From: Sphagnum compactum
Taxonomy: Eukaryota
DNA: 64,000 nt
Reading direction: 5' to 3'
NCBI GenBank assembly: GCA_965153455.1
Contig: OZ234494.1
Coordinates: forward strand, 6,758,001 to 6,822,000
The notes under the pieces are model-generated. The model searched no databases. It was not told the DNA's origin and saw only the letters and a program-made list of their open reading frames with translations. Every line of letters begins with the position of its first letter. The stretch's first letter is position 1. This document shows, one piece after another, positions 51,001 through 64,000 of the stretch. A program made the position numbers and the translations under genes.

Positions 51001-52810
51001 CATCAAAAGGGATCCACTCCCAAAACAGTTTCCTTAAACAGGATTATTTCAAGCTCTAGAACTGTGCCATGGAAACCAAACCAGACACATACAATTTGTA
51101 CTTAACCTTGACTTCATAAATTGCACACTACCTGAAGGAACTTATATTGTGCACGGGCATTGCATTTCGTCTCTCACATAGATAATTATGTGGACATGAT
51201 ATGTCCATAGAGCACAACAAATGGTGTACATTTGGCCATACATTCAAGAAGGCAGAAGACTCAGAAGGAAAATCAGCCACAGAAACACACAAACTGGAGG
51301 CCTGTGCACTGGGTTTTAAACAGATCACAGCTCAAGGAGCAAACTGCTGTTGATTAGGGAAAGTGTCTGCTGAGGAGCCAAGAGAATGGAACTCACCTTT
51401 GCATCAAAATGGTTGCGGTCATAGCCTTTCCAGTTGTCTAAATCATGAGCCGTAAAATGCTTACAGCATGCAGAAATCTTTAACCGTTTGGGGCCCCCAA
51501 TACTAAGGGTCTGGGAACCATCATAATGTCCCTCTTGCAGACCTTTGACAAAGTAGACCGCATATGTACTGGTGAGCTTTGGATCCTCCCCTGGTGTTTC
51601 TTGTGTCCTTCCCCATCGAGGATCCCTGACTATGTTTATGTTTGGTGACCAATAGGTCAATCCTGACCTTCCTTGATTGTATATTGCTCGCCCTTCTGTT
51701 GATACTACCTGCAAGACAGAGCAAGGAAGGAAAAGAAACAGGAAAATGGAAGTAAGAGGGAGCTTTCTTGGCCACCTTACTGATACCAGAAATGCAAATG
51801 CAGAGAGAGAGCGCATTCGAAAATCAAGCATAAGAGCATCTCTAGCAGTGCTCAATATGTGACCTTGCAAACATATATCTCACATCCAAGTATAGTTATT
51901 TCGTTTTCTAACCCCACCAACAAAACTAAAACTAGGACTGCAAATAGTTGGGAGACTACTAATAGCAAACCACTTGGACCAAACATTATGATTGGCCAAT
52001 CAGAAACAGGGAGCTGCAATCATATCATATTTATTACACTCTTCTCTGGCAGGTTAAAATTGTTGGGCCAAGACCATTTTGCGTAGCCAAACCAGCATGT
52101 TTTGACTTTTCTTCATCCAATTTTAAATTGTCGGGTTGCATACTGAGCACTGTTGGAGTTACTCTAAGATTTGCTAAAAGATGCAAAAGAATGCTGCATC
52201 GCAGAAGACGGCAAAGAAGAAAATGCAAAAGGTGATAGCAAGATGAATTGGAGAACACAAACAAATGTTGGAGCGAGATGATACGTATGAAGAGAAAACA
52301 ACTGGGAAGAAGATAAAGGATTCTTGCCTGACCGATGCTGTTCCAGAGCGCAGTGTTGAAAGATCCCGCCGTCAGAATTGGCTGCGGGAAGCTGGTGGCA
52401 GCCGGTACTTCCCCTCCGAAATTCACAGACGGACTGATCGCAACACCATGCAAACCCTCGCCCCACCACTCGTAAGCCGGTATTCCAAGCCTGGATACAT
52501 TGGCCGCCGTATTCACTAGCTGCGTGATCTTCTCTCGCACAGTTAACCTAGATATCAAATCCTCCACGCGCTCCTCATCCGTCAACGACCGATCACAGAA
52601 GGGCAAAGCCGAAATTGCCGTATCCCCTTTCGGATCGCAAGCATATGACTGCTTAATTGCATCACCACTAGTATAACTCGTGCTCTTCACCAAAACAAAA
52701 TCCAAAACCAAAACCACAAGAAGCAAACCACGAAAACGAACAAGACGACGACGCGTCCACGACAACAATAACGACGACGACGACGACGACGTACGGCATT
52801 TCACACCCAT
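48081..52810 (-). pseudogene. BXL: Second GH3 beta-xylosidase paralog (8 exons) with a frameshift in exon 6; disrupted allele, pseudogene or sequencing error
   Basis: Exons 52810-52328 (GC donor), 51708-51397, 50915-50746, 50564-50467, 50304-49954, 49617-49196, 49068-48784 and 48457-48081. Motifs [24 protein letters not shown] and YIMSDCDAV are intact. Exon 6 is 422 nt (out of phase), and the frame switches at ~49371 (QQEL / VVDAVSGRP). Confidence 0.85.
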
Positions 52811-55800
52811 TGCTGGAACAACTTTCCTTCAAATAAAACCAAAATTGTTGATCGCATTTTCTTCAGAGCCCAAAGAATAGAGCAATTTTGGAGCAGGTTA
52901 CCCTTTCTCTTCCCCTTCTTCTCACCCTTCTCCTCCCCTTCCATTTACGTCAATGGCGCAACGGAGGATGCAAAACGAGAAGAGACAAACAAGCTAACAA
53001 ACTCAAAAACAAAAAAACAAAATTAGTTTGATTCTTAGCAATCGGCAACAGCACCCACATCCCATTTGCAACGTCACTAGGTATGTGTGGGGCAAAGGTC
53101 TAAACTTTTGTGAATCTAATATTACATATTACTACACATATTTTCATCAAGAGCACATACAATTACATTAGAGGCCCATAATCATCTTTGATTTCACTTC
53201 TTATTTGTCTTCCTCATTAAATGTTTGATCATATCTTTATGACACTTTTTTATGTTCAAATAATCTTTGAGCTTGAAATGTGTTCCAAGCTTAATGGCTT
53301 TTGGGTGTCACATTTGTAGAGAAACATTAGGCACTTCCAAAGCCAAAGTTTATAAAGAAACACAAGCATTTCTCAAAATTCTCTAGCTATCATTAAGCCA
53401 TGGGAGTTGTCAAGGTGATTGATAATCTCTATGGCCAATGAAATTACCAGTGTTGGGCAGTTCTTCGGAAACTTGGGTAATAATCGATGATTTTGGTTTC
53501 GATTATAATACATATCTTACCTTGACCTTTATTCAAATACTCGAACTCAAACCTTACCTTAAGACCCGCCCTTATCTCGAATTGATTTTCAACCCTGGAA
53601 CTGGATGATCGTATGTTCAATAAAATTTGATGACCTTGCACCAACGAATGTTTTCCAAAATTCTAAGGTTCACTTTTTTTTCCTAGCCCTAAGATTTAGG
53701 GTTTTGCAGATAGGCCTCAGCGACGGGAATGAAGAAGATGGGATCACGCACACGATGGCGAGGCTGGCATGGTGAGGCTGGCAGAGCTTGTCTCTGGGGG
53801 TGGGGGAGGGGGGAGTGATGGAAAGAGGGAGAGAAAGAGGGGGGGGGGCCACTATTTGGCTTCCCAACAATTGTGTAGCATTTTGATTAGATACTAGAGA
53901 GGTTTAGCAGTAGGAGTGGAATTTCTCTCTCTTTTTTTTCCTTTTCTCTTCCTTCATTGTTTACAGATCAGAGCGCAACATACTTCTCTTTTTTTCTTTT
54001 ATTTTCGATGTTTGTGCACTCTCAGGTCTCTCTCTCTTTGCTTCAAGGACGAGACAAGATCTGGTCCACATCGAAAAAATTGTCTAAAGTGAAGCTCGAG
54101 TCGAGTCTCTGGACTGTCTCTCGTTTTTTTCTCGTCTTCGTCGTTCACAGAGAGCGCAAGACACTTTTGCTCGTTTTTTTTTTTGGGTGTGCTTTTTGTG
54201 CTCTCATCTGAGGTCTTCCCTCCCACTCTTGCTTGAGGACAAGATCTGATCCACATAGATAATGATCTCGATTTGACCAGCAACGATTGCTTCTTGTCAA
54301 TTTTTGTCACCGCCATTCTCTATTTCTGAAGTTTAATCAGCAGGTTGACATACTATGGTTGGCTTGACTTGGAGATTGAAGTTACAGTTGCTGTAAGTTC
54401 TGATCCATTGGCAATCCAGACACTAGAGAGGTGCTCCTCTGGAGTCTCTTCCAAATCGTTGCATTCTTTTTTCACTCTGGCTACTTTTTCGACTGTGGGT
54501 GCGGCTTCATTGGCCATTTCATATCTGCCGGACCATACATTGTTCACCTACATGCGTACTACTAGTTCGAGGTAATGACATTGTCCTCGCTACCTGCTTG
54601 CAACTTTGATAAATTGGCAGTTGTGTGATCTTTGTTTTTTTGTTAGGTACTTGTATACAACCAGGCAAGGGTTTGGTGAGAAGCTACTGACTCGAGTACA
54701 ATCATGAAGAAATTAATAAGATGTAGATTTTGAAATATTGATCTTCTCTGGCAATTTGGGGGCAATTTGGGATGTGGCTTCCATTTGGACAGCTTTGTTT
54801 TTTCCCCCTTTTTCTTATTCTTCTAAAACACGACGAAGGAATAGGGCTTGTAAGCACGGTGTATGGAATTGTGCTGGGAGAAGTCTCAGTGTACATCAAA
54901 CCCTAATCTCAATTTTCTTTTATCAGATCAGAAAATCAATCATCAAATTATTTTTTGGATTATTTTGGTGCCTTTTGCTTGCGGCACTTCAATGTTTGCA
55001 TGCCATTTGATCAGGTCCATTTTGGTGGCATAGTGAGTCTAATGATTTGGCATCCTTGCATAATTGGAACATTGAGGAGTTTTGTGATATGTCATAATGT
55101 TTAGGTCATATGTTTGTTTAGCAAAATTGAAGGTTTTTGTGATGGTCTATCTAATGTCAAATGCCAAAAAACACAAATTCTAAACAAATAAAACTCAAAC
55201 TCAAAAATTCACGTCATTTTCTTGTGAGTTTTTGAAGTTTGAACTTCTCCTTTTGGAGAAATTTGAAATTTCGCCAGTAAAAAGAAAATTGGGGCAGGAC
55301 GGCTGGTCATCTGATGGTGCCACTTTTCAGGCCAGAGTGAACCAGCACCATTGCAATGCCAGCCTTTTTATTTGCTGCCTATATATATATAGCCAAAATA
55401 GCTATATAAAAAATTATAAGTGCTAAAATCAAGTGCTTTTTGAAATTTTCAATCACCAGAATTTGATCGAATCTTAAGAGAAATAATCACTAGATTTCTT
55501 TACATGGTTCATGTATGTAGCCCAAAATGTAGAAGGATACGATTAGAAATCTACTTTCAAAAATTTAGCTTGTAGCCAATTTTGGCTAAATCTGTATGTG
55601 TTCATCACCACTTTGGCTACGTCACAAAATTGACCCCAAATAATAATAATAATAATAAAACACTGACCAGCACCCACATTGCTTGAGTCAGGCCTTTCAG
55701 TGCCCATATTTCAACGTAGGAAAATGATAAATTTGGATACTGTAGTACCTGAACGACCCCCTATCCTCGCTTTCAGTGGTATCCACAAAGTAAAGACATT

Positions 55801-56389
55801 TTTATTAAATCTCAGCATGAAATGCTGAAACTCAGCATTTAATGCACAAGGATCGAGACTAATTATAATAGTTGTAGGAGCAGTAAAAATATATGTAGCA
55901 GCAGTGGAGGCTTCTCAGGAGAAAGGAAAGACAGGATGAAACTCAGTTTACCACCAAAATGGATGGTTTTCTGAGTTTCATCCCCCTTGAATGCTAATGT
56001 ACTTTTTTGCAAGGTTTTTTTTAATCTCACCTTCTGTATGACCAAACTCAGGGTTCTGGTGCTCTGTTTTTCTTACTTTATGGATAACTCTATTATCTGC
56101 TAAAAATTTCAGAATTAAAAAACCAAGTGCGGAAGTTAGGAGTTAACATTTTAATTAATTGTTTGGTAGCTAGTTGCTGAATCTGATTAGGGAGTACAAT
56201 AATCGTATGTAAGTTATATACATATATAAATAATAACTCTGATAAATTTGGAACTCAGGGACCTTGACTTATTTAGTCTTAGGATGAGATATTTAGCATG
56301 ATTAGAATCAACCTAAAAATATTTAATTAATTTTTAAAAATGGGGAATTTTATCATGGGTTTTTATCTTGCTGGTTCACCCAAGGCAAG

Positions 56390-56774
56390 GGCCACAGTGA
56401 ACCAGCACCCACCAGTGCACTGTGAAGGATGGATGATAAGTGGTAAAGAAACAGTATTGTGTTGGGTTTCAGTTCCCTAGTTAACCATGGCGGTTTAGCT
56501 CGGTTGCTTTTTTTCACTACCCATTTACTAAACAACCCACAAGTAGGTTGTTAGTAGGTAGGTAGTAAAAAACAGCCCTTACCTATGTATAAATCATCTA
56601 CTTACTTAATAGTTATCTATTTTCCTACCTATCTACCTATATATGAGAACTCTTTCCTGCAGGACTGGTTATCAAGGTGAAACTAAATATTACCTCAGGT
56701 GAGGTTCATCCACAACTGAGTAATAATGGACATCCAGTGGATGGTGCACTGGTGGGTGCTGGTTCACTATGGCC
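56390..56774. mobile_element. MITE (385 bp) with 31-bp TIRs
   Basis: GGCCACAGTGAACCAGCACCCACCAGTGCAC (56390-56420) and GTGCACTGGTGGGTGCTGGTTCACTATGGCC (56744-56774) differ by 1 mismatch. The interior is non-coding and contains TAGGTAGG motifs. No clear TSD. Confidence 0.85.
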
Positions 56775-57611
56775 GAACTTGATCAAAAAATCATTTGTTG
56801 GTAGGCAAGGATATTGTGCTTAGATTCATTATAGAGTACAGTAGCTTAATGGATTTTGACCCCTAGGTAATAATTAATAGGTCTATTTTGATATGAGGAT
56901 TTTTGAAAGATGATATTTTTGGCTTGTGTTGAAACTTGAGATTATATATAGTAAAGGACGTTGTGAAGCTTCCCCTTAATCCGTCCCGTCATCCAACCGG
57001 ATGGACATTTCATCCATCCCGTCATCCGTCTATTTAAGCCTTTGATAAATATATTTGGTCCAGATTCGACGTGATCGGGTTCTTTGGCACAATCCGGATA
57101 ATGTACAAGAAACAACAAGACGAAGAACAAGAACGAAGCCTTTGAGATTAGTTATAGAGTTATAAATATCTTGAAGGGGTTTTGGTTTCTTTAAGAGGAT
57201 TTTTTTTGAAGATTATATTTTTGCATGGTGAAATATTTTGAGTTTCCTTAATTCTTCTTTTGGCCTTAAGATAGTTTTTAATTAATGTAAATGGCAAGAC
57301 TGCAGTGTGACACACCCCCCTTGTTCAATCAAGGTGGATTGTGGGCAGTGTTGTGCAGTAGTTATTATGGAGTTTTTCAAAACTTGCAGTTGTGAAGTGC
57401 AAGTGAATGAACAAGTTCACTCCTGTCGCTAATGAACAAGATGGACGGACGGGCATATCCCCCGTCTACGTAACTCGCGCATACCATGCACATGCACTCC
57501 TGGGGCCTGCAGCGTCACCAGCTGCCGCCATCCTCGCTTGCAACCCCAGCCTGCTGCTAGCAAACCCTTCATCTTCTTCATCACCGTAGTCTCTACATTG
57601 CATGCAACCGT

Positions 57612-57619
57612 GATATAAG
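57612..57619 (+). promoter_or_regulatory. Candidate TATA box for PDC
   Basis: GATATAAG ~300 bp upstream of the ATG, with a probable 5' UTR intron acceptor (ttttcttgcag) at ~57789. Confidence 0.35.
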
Positions 57620-57913
57620 CTTCTCTCCTTGAAGAATCAGAATCACAGAAACACTGTTAACTCCAACTGTTCCACCATGTACAGAAAGTTACATACATAG
57701 AGTTAGGAAAAAAAAAAAAAACACTGAACAAACTTCCAATCGCATTAGAGAATTTTAGCTATTTTTTTGTACTTCTTCTTTTCTTGCAGAATTAGATCGT
57801 TGAATAGAAAAGAAAGGAGTCTCGATTTCGAAGTTGGATTTGCGACCTGGGGGCGAGCCCCCCCTCCCCCCCCTCATACACCCACCCATCACTTGGAAAG
57901 AATTAGAGTTTCA

Positions 57914-60900
57914 ATGGGATCTACGCAGCAGCAAAGGAATGTGGAACCTGGTCCAGTTCCACTTCTTCCCATTAAGGACTGGACTCTTGGACGTTACATG
58001 GCGCGAAGGTTGGTTGAAATCGGCGTCAACGATGTCTTCACTGTTCCAGGTGACTTCAACTTGCTTCTACTGGACCAGTTGCTAGCAGACCCGGAGCTTG
58101 AACTTCGCGGATGCTGTAACGAGCTGAATGCAGGTTATGCCGCCGATGGCTATGCAAGGTGAGTGAATTCTTCTGCTACCTGAAAAATATCCATGGTTTC
58201 TTCAAAAGATTTTTAGTGCCCGAAATAAATAAAAAACAAAAGTTCCTAGTGTCCAGATTTTAATGATAAGTTAGACTAGGAGGTAGTAGCTAAGAATATA
58301 GAAGGATGCTTTTCTTCTTCTTCTTTTTTTCAAATTCATATATGATGAATCATGATATGGAAGCACAATTGGATTACCAACACTTTGGCTAGCTATATAC
58401 CAAAATTGGGGACAAAATTGTATGTGCAAGGTGCCGTGGAGTGGGTGCATGTGCGGTTACATTTACAGTGGGAGGATTTAGTGTCATCAATGCCATTGCT
58501 GGTGCTTACAGTGAAAGTCTGCCAGTGATCTGCCTAGTTGGTGGCCCCAATTCCAATGACTATGGCACCAACCATATCTTGCATCACACCATTGGAGAGA
58601 CAGACTTCAGCCAAGAATTTCGTTGTTTCAAAGAAGTCACCTGTGCTCAGGTAAAGCCAAATGATGCTACATTAGAGATTCACTGGAAAACAAAAACACA
58701 AAAAACACTGGTCATGAAACATCTATGGAAATGCAAATGGAAACTCAGCAGGACACAGATGTTGTACAATGGTTTGCCCAAAATTCCGGGTGGATTATCG
58801 TATATACTTATTACTTACGTTATACACCCACTGTCAGGAGCTGATGAAGTTCAGTTGGGCAGTCATGGTCCAGCTCATCACTGCTAGATTTGTGATGAAC
58901 AAGGTGATGGTCTGATACTTTGTGAGTGACTCTCACATTAAGGTTTTATGACTGCTCTCATTCTTGTCATGTTACCTCTCAAATTGTTGTTGTACATTGG
59001 TTTGCCTGAAATTCTGGGTGGATTATTGTATACTTATTTCCTCTGTTACACCCACCTTTGGGAGCTGATGAAATCAGTTGGGTCATCATGGCCCAGCTTG
59101 TCACTGCTAGATTTGTGATGCTAGGTTTGTGATGAAGGTGATGGTCTGATACTTTGTGAGCAACTCTCATAAGGTTTTTACGATTGCAGTCGTTCTTGTC
59201 ATGTTACCTTTCAAATTATTGTTGTCGTCATTTTCTCTGCAATGTCATAGACTTGAGTCTGAGTCGTAACAAATTGTGAAACTCCATTTGCAGGTTGTTA
59301 TTCAACATTTGGATGATGCACAGGAGCTGATTGACAGAGCCATCTCGTCAGCCATCTTTGAGAGCAAGCCAGTTTATATTAGTGTTTGTTGCAATCTCCC
59401 AAACCTGCCACACCCATCCTTCAGCACTGACCCCATTCCATTTGCGGTGACCCAGGGCCCTGACTTCAAAAGGTCTGTTCTGCAACCAAGGGTAATAACC
59501 AAAGGCATCTGAATGGGCTTGAATAAAATCTCTGTAACAAGGTGATGAACAAGGTGATGGTCTGATACTTTGTGAGTAACAGTCGAACACGCTGCTGCTG
59601 CTGCTCTGTGGTTTTGAAGGTCTTATCAAGTCTTGCTTAACCTTACATGATGATGAGCATATATGTACAGGAACTATGGGATTGGTAACTTGAAGAGCAA
59701 CAAAGACAGTCTGGAAGCAGCAGTGGAGGCAGCTTCGAGATTTATGAATGCAGCTGTGAAACCAGTTCTTGTTGCTGGGTCTAAAATGAGGGTAGCAAAA
59801 GCAGGTCAGGTTTTTGAGGTGCTTGCGGATACATGTGGGTATGCAGTTGCTATAATGCCAGATGCCAAAGGCCAGGTTCGTGAAACACACCCACAATTCA
59901 TTGGAACATACTGGGGATGTGTCAGCTCTCCATGCACAGCAGAAATTGTGGAGTCCTCTGATTGCTATCTTTTCGCTGGACCAGTGTTCAACGATTACAG
60001 GTACTGTGTTTTTCATTGTTACTCTCAAGCTTGATCTCTTTTATTGTTCTTGTTCCAGTTGTGGACTCTTCTTTATGTTTACAGGCCTGTTGTTCCTCCC
60101 AAGTTTTCCAGAGTTGTACCTGGAATTCAAAGGGTTGACTTGAAGCATTTTTTTGCTGTGACAACAAATATAATTATAACTTTTTCCTTTCAAATTTCAG
60201 CTCAGTTGGTTATTCACTCTTGTGGCGGAAAGAGAAATCCATAACTGTGCAACCAGATCGAGTAACAGTTGGGGAGACTGCATCATTTGGATGCGTTCTG
60301 ATGAAGGACTTTTTCAAGGCATTGGTGAAGAAGGTAGAAAGGAACACAACATCATTTGACAACTTTCTACGAATGTATGTTCCACCTGGCAACCCCCTCA
60401 AGCAGAGAGAAGGCGAACCCATTAAAGTCCTGACTCTCTACAAGCACATTCAGGTTCTTCTTACCTTTGCTTTTTGTAGACCCGAAAATACATACTTTGG
60501 GCGAATCATTATTCTTGCAAACTTGATAATTTCTCCAGGGTCTGAAATAACCTTTGCACAATCACTTCTGACAGTGTGCAATCATTGTTGCTGAAGTTTA
60601 TTCAAGTTGACAGCTTGAGCTTGGTTTTTTTTGCAGGCAATGTTGACACCTGAGAATGTGGTTATTGCGGAAACAGGAGACTCATGGTTCAATTGTCAGA
60701 AACTACACTTACCTGAGGGATGTGGGTATGAGTTCCAGATGCAGTATGGATCAATTGGGTGGGCAGTCGGTGCCACCCTGGGCTATGCTCAAGCTGCTGG
60801 CAAGGGCAAACGCGTGATTGCTTCTATTGGTGATGGAAGCTTTCAGGTAAAAACCAGGCTTTGCAAATCATCAACAAATGCCTAAGTGTGAAATCTCCTG

Positions 60901-61684
60901 TGAAAATAAATTTGCACATTCAAACTTCTCTCTGTTGTTTTTCCTTCTTATTCAATAATGCTCCCAAGCTAGCTTTGAGTTGCAAAAGTCAGTTTGTCCA
61001 AAGAAGAGATCATTTTTGAAATGCATTCATTTGAATATATATCAAATAGACCCTAAACCCTAAACCAAAACTCATGCATAAATTTGGGTATGTATCATCT
61101 TTTGATGGAGTTACTGGAACTCTCAAATGTGTTCCTTGGTGGGTATAATAATATGGATCCCAGGTATCAGCACAAGAGGTTTCAACGATGATCAGATATG
61201 GGCAACATTCCATCATTTTTCTGCTCAACAATGGGGGTTATACTATTGAGGTTGAGATTCATGATGGTCCATACAACATCATCAAGGACTGGAATTACAC
61301 AGGAGTGGTTGAGGCTTTTCAGAATGGTGAAGGCAAACTGTTGACTTACAAGGTAAAACCACAAGAGTACCTGTCAAGAATTGCACTAAAGAACTAGAAA
61401 CAGCAGAAACATCACATTAAAAATCTCTCACTCATGAATCTCCTCTAGAGAACAAACATCTCTCCATTTTGCAGCTTTTGGCTTTAACTGGAAGTTTTTG
61501 GTGATTCTTTTGGCAGGTGAGGACAGAGGAGGATTTGATAGAGGCTATATCTGCAGCAGAAAGAGAGAAAGACAGTTTATGTTTTATTGAGGTTTTCCTC
61601 TACAAGCATGACACTAGCAAGGAGCTCCTTGAGTGGGGATCACGTGTAGCTGCAGCCAATAGCCGGCCACCCAACCCCCAATAA
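57914..61684 (+). CDS. PDC: Pyruvate decarboxylase (ThDP-dependent), ~597 aa, 8 exons
   Basis: Exons 57914-58158, 58431-58650, 59294-59472, 59671-60000, 60201-60453, 60637-60846, 61164-61352 and 61517-61684 join in phase (1794 nt). [30 protein letters not shown], the ThDP motif GDGSFQ...[12 protein letters not shown] and the C-terminus ANSRPPNPQ. Confidence 0.97.
58761..59225 (+). repeat. ~230-bp tandem duplication in PDC intron 2, with a partial third copy at ~59541-59580 in intron 3
   Basis: Two copies of TTGTACA(A/T)TGGTTTGCC...GGGTGGATTAT...GGAGCTGATGAA...CACTGCTAGATTTGTGATG...AAGGTGATGGTCTGATACTTTGTGAG...TTCTTGTCATGTTACCT. Confidence 0.9.
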
Positions 61685-62999
61685 ATTCCTCTTCTATGTC
61701 TGCACCCTCTGTACAGCAGAAGTTCAAACCAGGAGACATTACATATGCAGCTCATCATTTCTCACATACTGCAACTTCCAGATTTTTTGAGTAAGAACTT
61801 GCTGAGGTTGTTGGGCAAGCCTAACAAACAAGAAGTCCGGTGAACCTGTCAGGACTTTGTGCTTGCCTCTGAGATCCATGAATATCTCTGTCTCGTTTGT
61901 CTATCCTAAAGTCCCACAATATTCATGTCACTCCTAAGGAGGGTATTGTGCAACTAAAACTCAGTTCTTTTCTTCGTACAATTTGTATATCTGAGTGGGA
62001 ACATAGGCTCTCTGTTGTTGATCCCATTTGCCCATTTGGGTTGGAACCTGATTTTGCAGAGCAGGTCCATCCATTTCTCTATAGAACTGGAACATGCAAA
62101 GGTGATCCTCCTTTTTTTGATATTTGCAATGAGCAATGTAAGGTATCAAGTGCAAGCAATTGACATCAACTGCAGCTTTACAGGCATAATAGTCTAACTT
62201 TGTGGGTGAATTTTTGTCCTGGCTCCTGGAAACGCACAATGGTGCTTGTCATGTATTTATTGCAAAATATCATTTTGTGTACTTGTTAATTGTTGTTGAA
62301 TCGCATTTGATTTATGTTATTTGTGTGCATGTTTTTATGTGTGTGATTTTGTGAGTTTCAATGTTGTTGGGCACCGATTAGTACCACATAAAATTATATG
62401 CTTCCATTTGAATTTGAATGATCTATAAATCTGGTTCTCTAATAGAAAGAGTTTCTAGTTCCACACATAAATAGAGCACTATTTGAAGGTTGTACTTCAT
62501 CCGTCGACTATTTTATTACTAGTACTAAAGAGAATCTCCATGGGATACCTTAAGTGGCTCTACTTCACTAATTTTTAGACCCTCTTGACAATCATGTTAT
62601 GAAAAATGTTGTTTGAGAAAAACATTCACCAACAACCATGCAACAATAAGCATTATCACCTTGAAAATCACAATCACCATGGAGAGTTTGCCCTTCGAGA
62701 CTGCCATCTTGTGAAGCTCTACAAGCTTTCTTCATTTCAAGATTCATGTGCAGGGAGGAGGGTCATCACACATGGCTAAGCTTTGGAAACAACAACTATT
62801 CATTCAACTTGAAGAGAACCTTGAAGATGATAATGAGGAGGAGGGAGTTGTGGAACAATTTGCAAACTTTGGAAAACAAGAGGTGAAGGCATTGTAGCAA
62901 CCAAGTGGGATTCTCAAAGGACTAGCCAAGAAAAAGGGAGCAAGGGCATGAGTGAATGTTTCTAGATGACTTAGTTCCTTTGCTAATGTACAATGAATT

Positions 63000-63910
63000 T
63001 TTTTACAAACATTAATATAGAATTTGTCACAATCATTTCATCACAATCTTGCAAGCTGTTTGTGAATATGACTTTTTTGGATTTGTTTTTAATCCAAGAG
63101 TGCATAGTTACAACTTGCATGCTTTCTTATGGGACAAAGGTTGACGTCGTAAAATATTGCCAACTTGTAGATAGTATGGCAATTTTTCGACCAAGGTGCC
63201 TAAAAGACCCCATGAAAGGTGAGAGCTCAATATTAATGCAAAGATGAACTTTCTAGGCATGTTTCCTCAATTGTATGCATTATAAATGGAAGATCTAGCC
63301 AAGTAGGTGGCAAAGGAAATTTCAAGACAAAGATTTAAAAATGTCCATAATTTTAAAAGAAATTGTGGACTAATCACTTTGAATAACATGGCACGCATTT
63401 TTTAAGTTCAAAATGGAAACAATGAATTAATGTTCTACATCAATCACCCATGATTGCAAACTTGCTAAATGGGGCATGTAGTGATTTGAGGTTTGAAATG
63501 AATTGCAACGTTTACCTTTCATATTATCTCTTGGTGGATGGTATCTATTTTATGTGGTCTTATTTTGTGTAAACCCTACATGAACCTCAAGATGAAAATA
63601 AAAAACATTTTGTAAATATTTTTAAAGTTCAAGAAAAGATGTAAAGAAATGTTTTTTGTGTCTTGCAATCCAAATTTGTTATCATTCAAAACCCATGCAA
63701 GTCATGGCAAATGGATGCAATTTATGAATTTGTGATTTGTTATGTGATTCTATATGACATGATTATTGAAAATGAGTGGGAGCAAAATGTGAAGCTTGCA
63801 TTAGTTGATGGATCAAAGAGGTTTGACCTTCCAAGCATAATATATGGAAAGCATTGAAGAATTAAAAAATTCACAAAATTCACTACAATTTGAGAGGTGA
63901 TTTGGTGAAA
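63000..63910 (+). mobile_element. Decayed PIF/Harbinger-type transposase (plant transposon protein family)
   Basis: Piecewise translation gives WHAFF..GNNEL, SPMIANLLNG, YYLLVDGIY, TLHEPQDE, RKDVKKCF.VLQSKFVIIQNP and ILYDMIIENE. Many stops and frameshifts. Confidence 0.8.
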
Positions 63911-64000
63911 CATTTAAAGGCCATGAAAGGCCTCAACATTGATTGAAATAAAATTATTGCAATTTCTTGTTTCCCACTTTCAATGTTGCTTGCATTGTTT

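Noticed and set aside
58838-58920. Intronic box C/D snoRNA (TGATGA...CTGA)
   Set aside because: The boxes are not conserved in the dispersed copy at 35.8 kb, and no terminal stem or rRNA guide is evident.
41153-61684. Metabolic gene cluster (xylosidases plus PDC)
   Set aside because: A tandem duplicate next to an unrelated, divergently transcribed gene. There is no shared pathway step or evidence of co-regulation in the sequence.

Overview
Eukaryotic nuclear DNA from a land plant. The GT-AG introns, plant-type proteins and AT-rich decayed repeats fit a bryophyte, and a moss such as Sphagnum is my inference rather than something the sequence proves. I reconstructed seven protein-coding loci exon by exon: SEC61 alpha (-), a 10-exon predicted plastid membrane protein of unknown function (-), two intronless F-box genes (- and +), two tandem GH3 beta-xylosidase/arabinosidase paralogs (-), and pyruvate decarboxylase (+). 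The second xylosidase copy carries a frameshift. The most notable non-host element is a complete 2628-bp IS630/Tc1/mariner-type DNA transposon with 25-bp TIRs and a TA duplication inside a CTAG site. Its decayed ~707-aa transposase has an unusual DD(~134)E spacing, a Cys-containing insertion and DGHER and PKFHCExNxIE motifs, and it is GC/CpG-rich relative to its flanks. Intergenic DNA holds decayed hAT, PIF/Harbinger and CRE-like (RLE) retrotransposon remnants, several MITE-like elements, a tRNA-like sequence just upstream of an F-box gene, and tandem and inverted repeats. There is no rRNA or CRISPR array. All coordinates were read by hand and no database searches were run.
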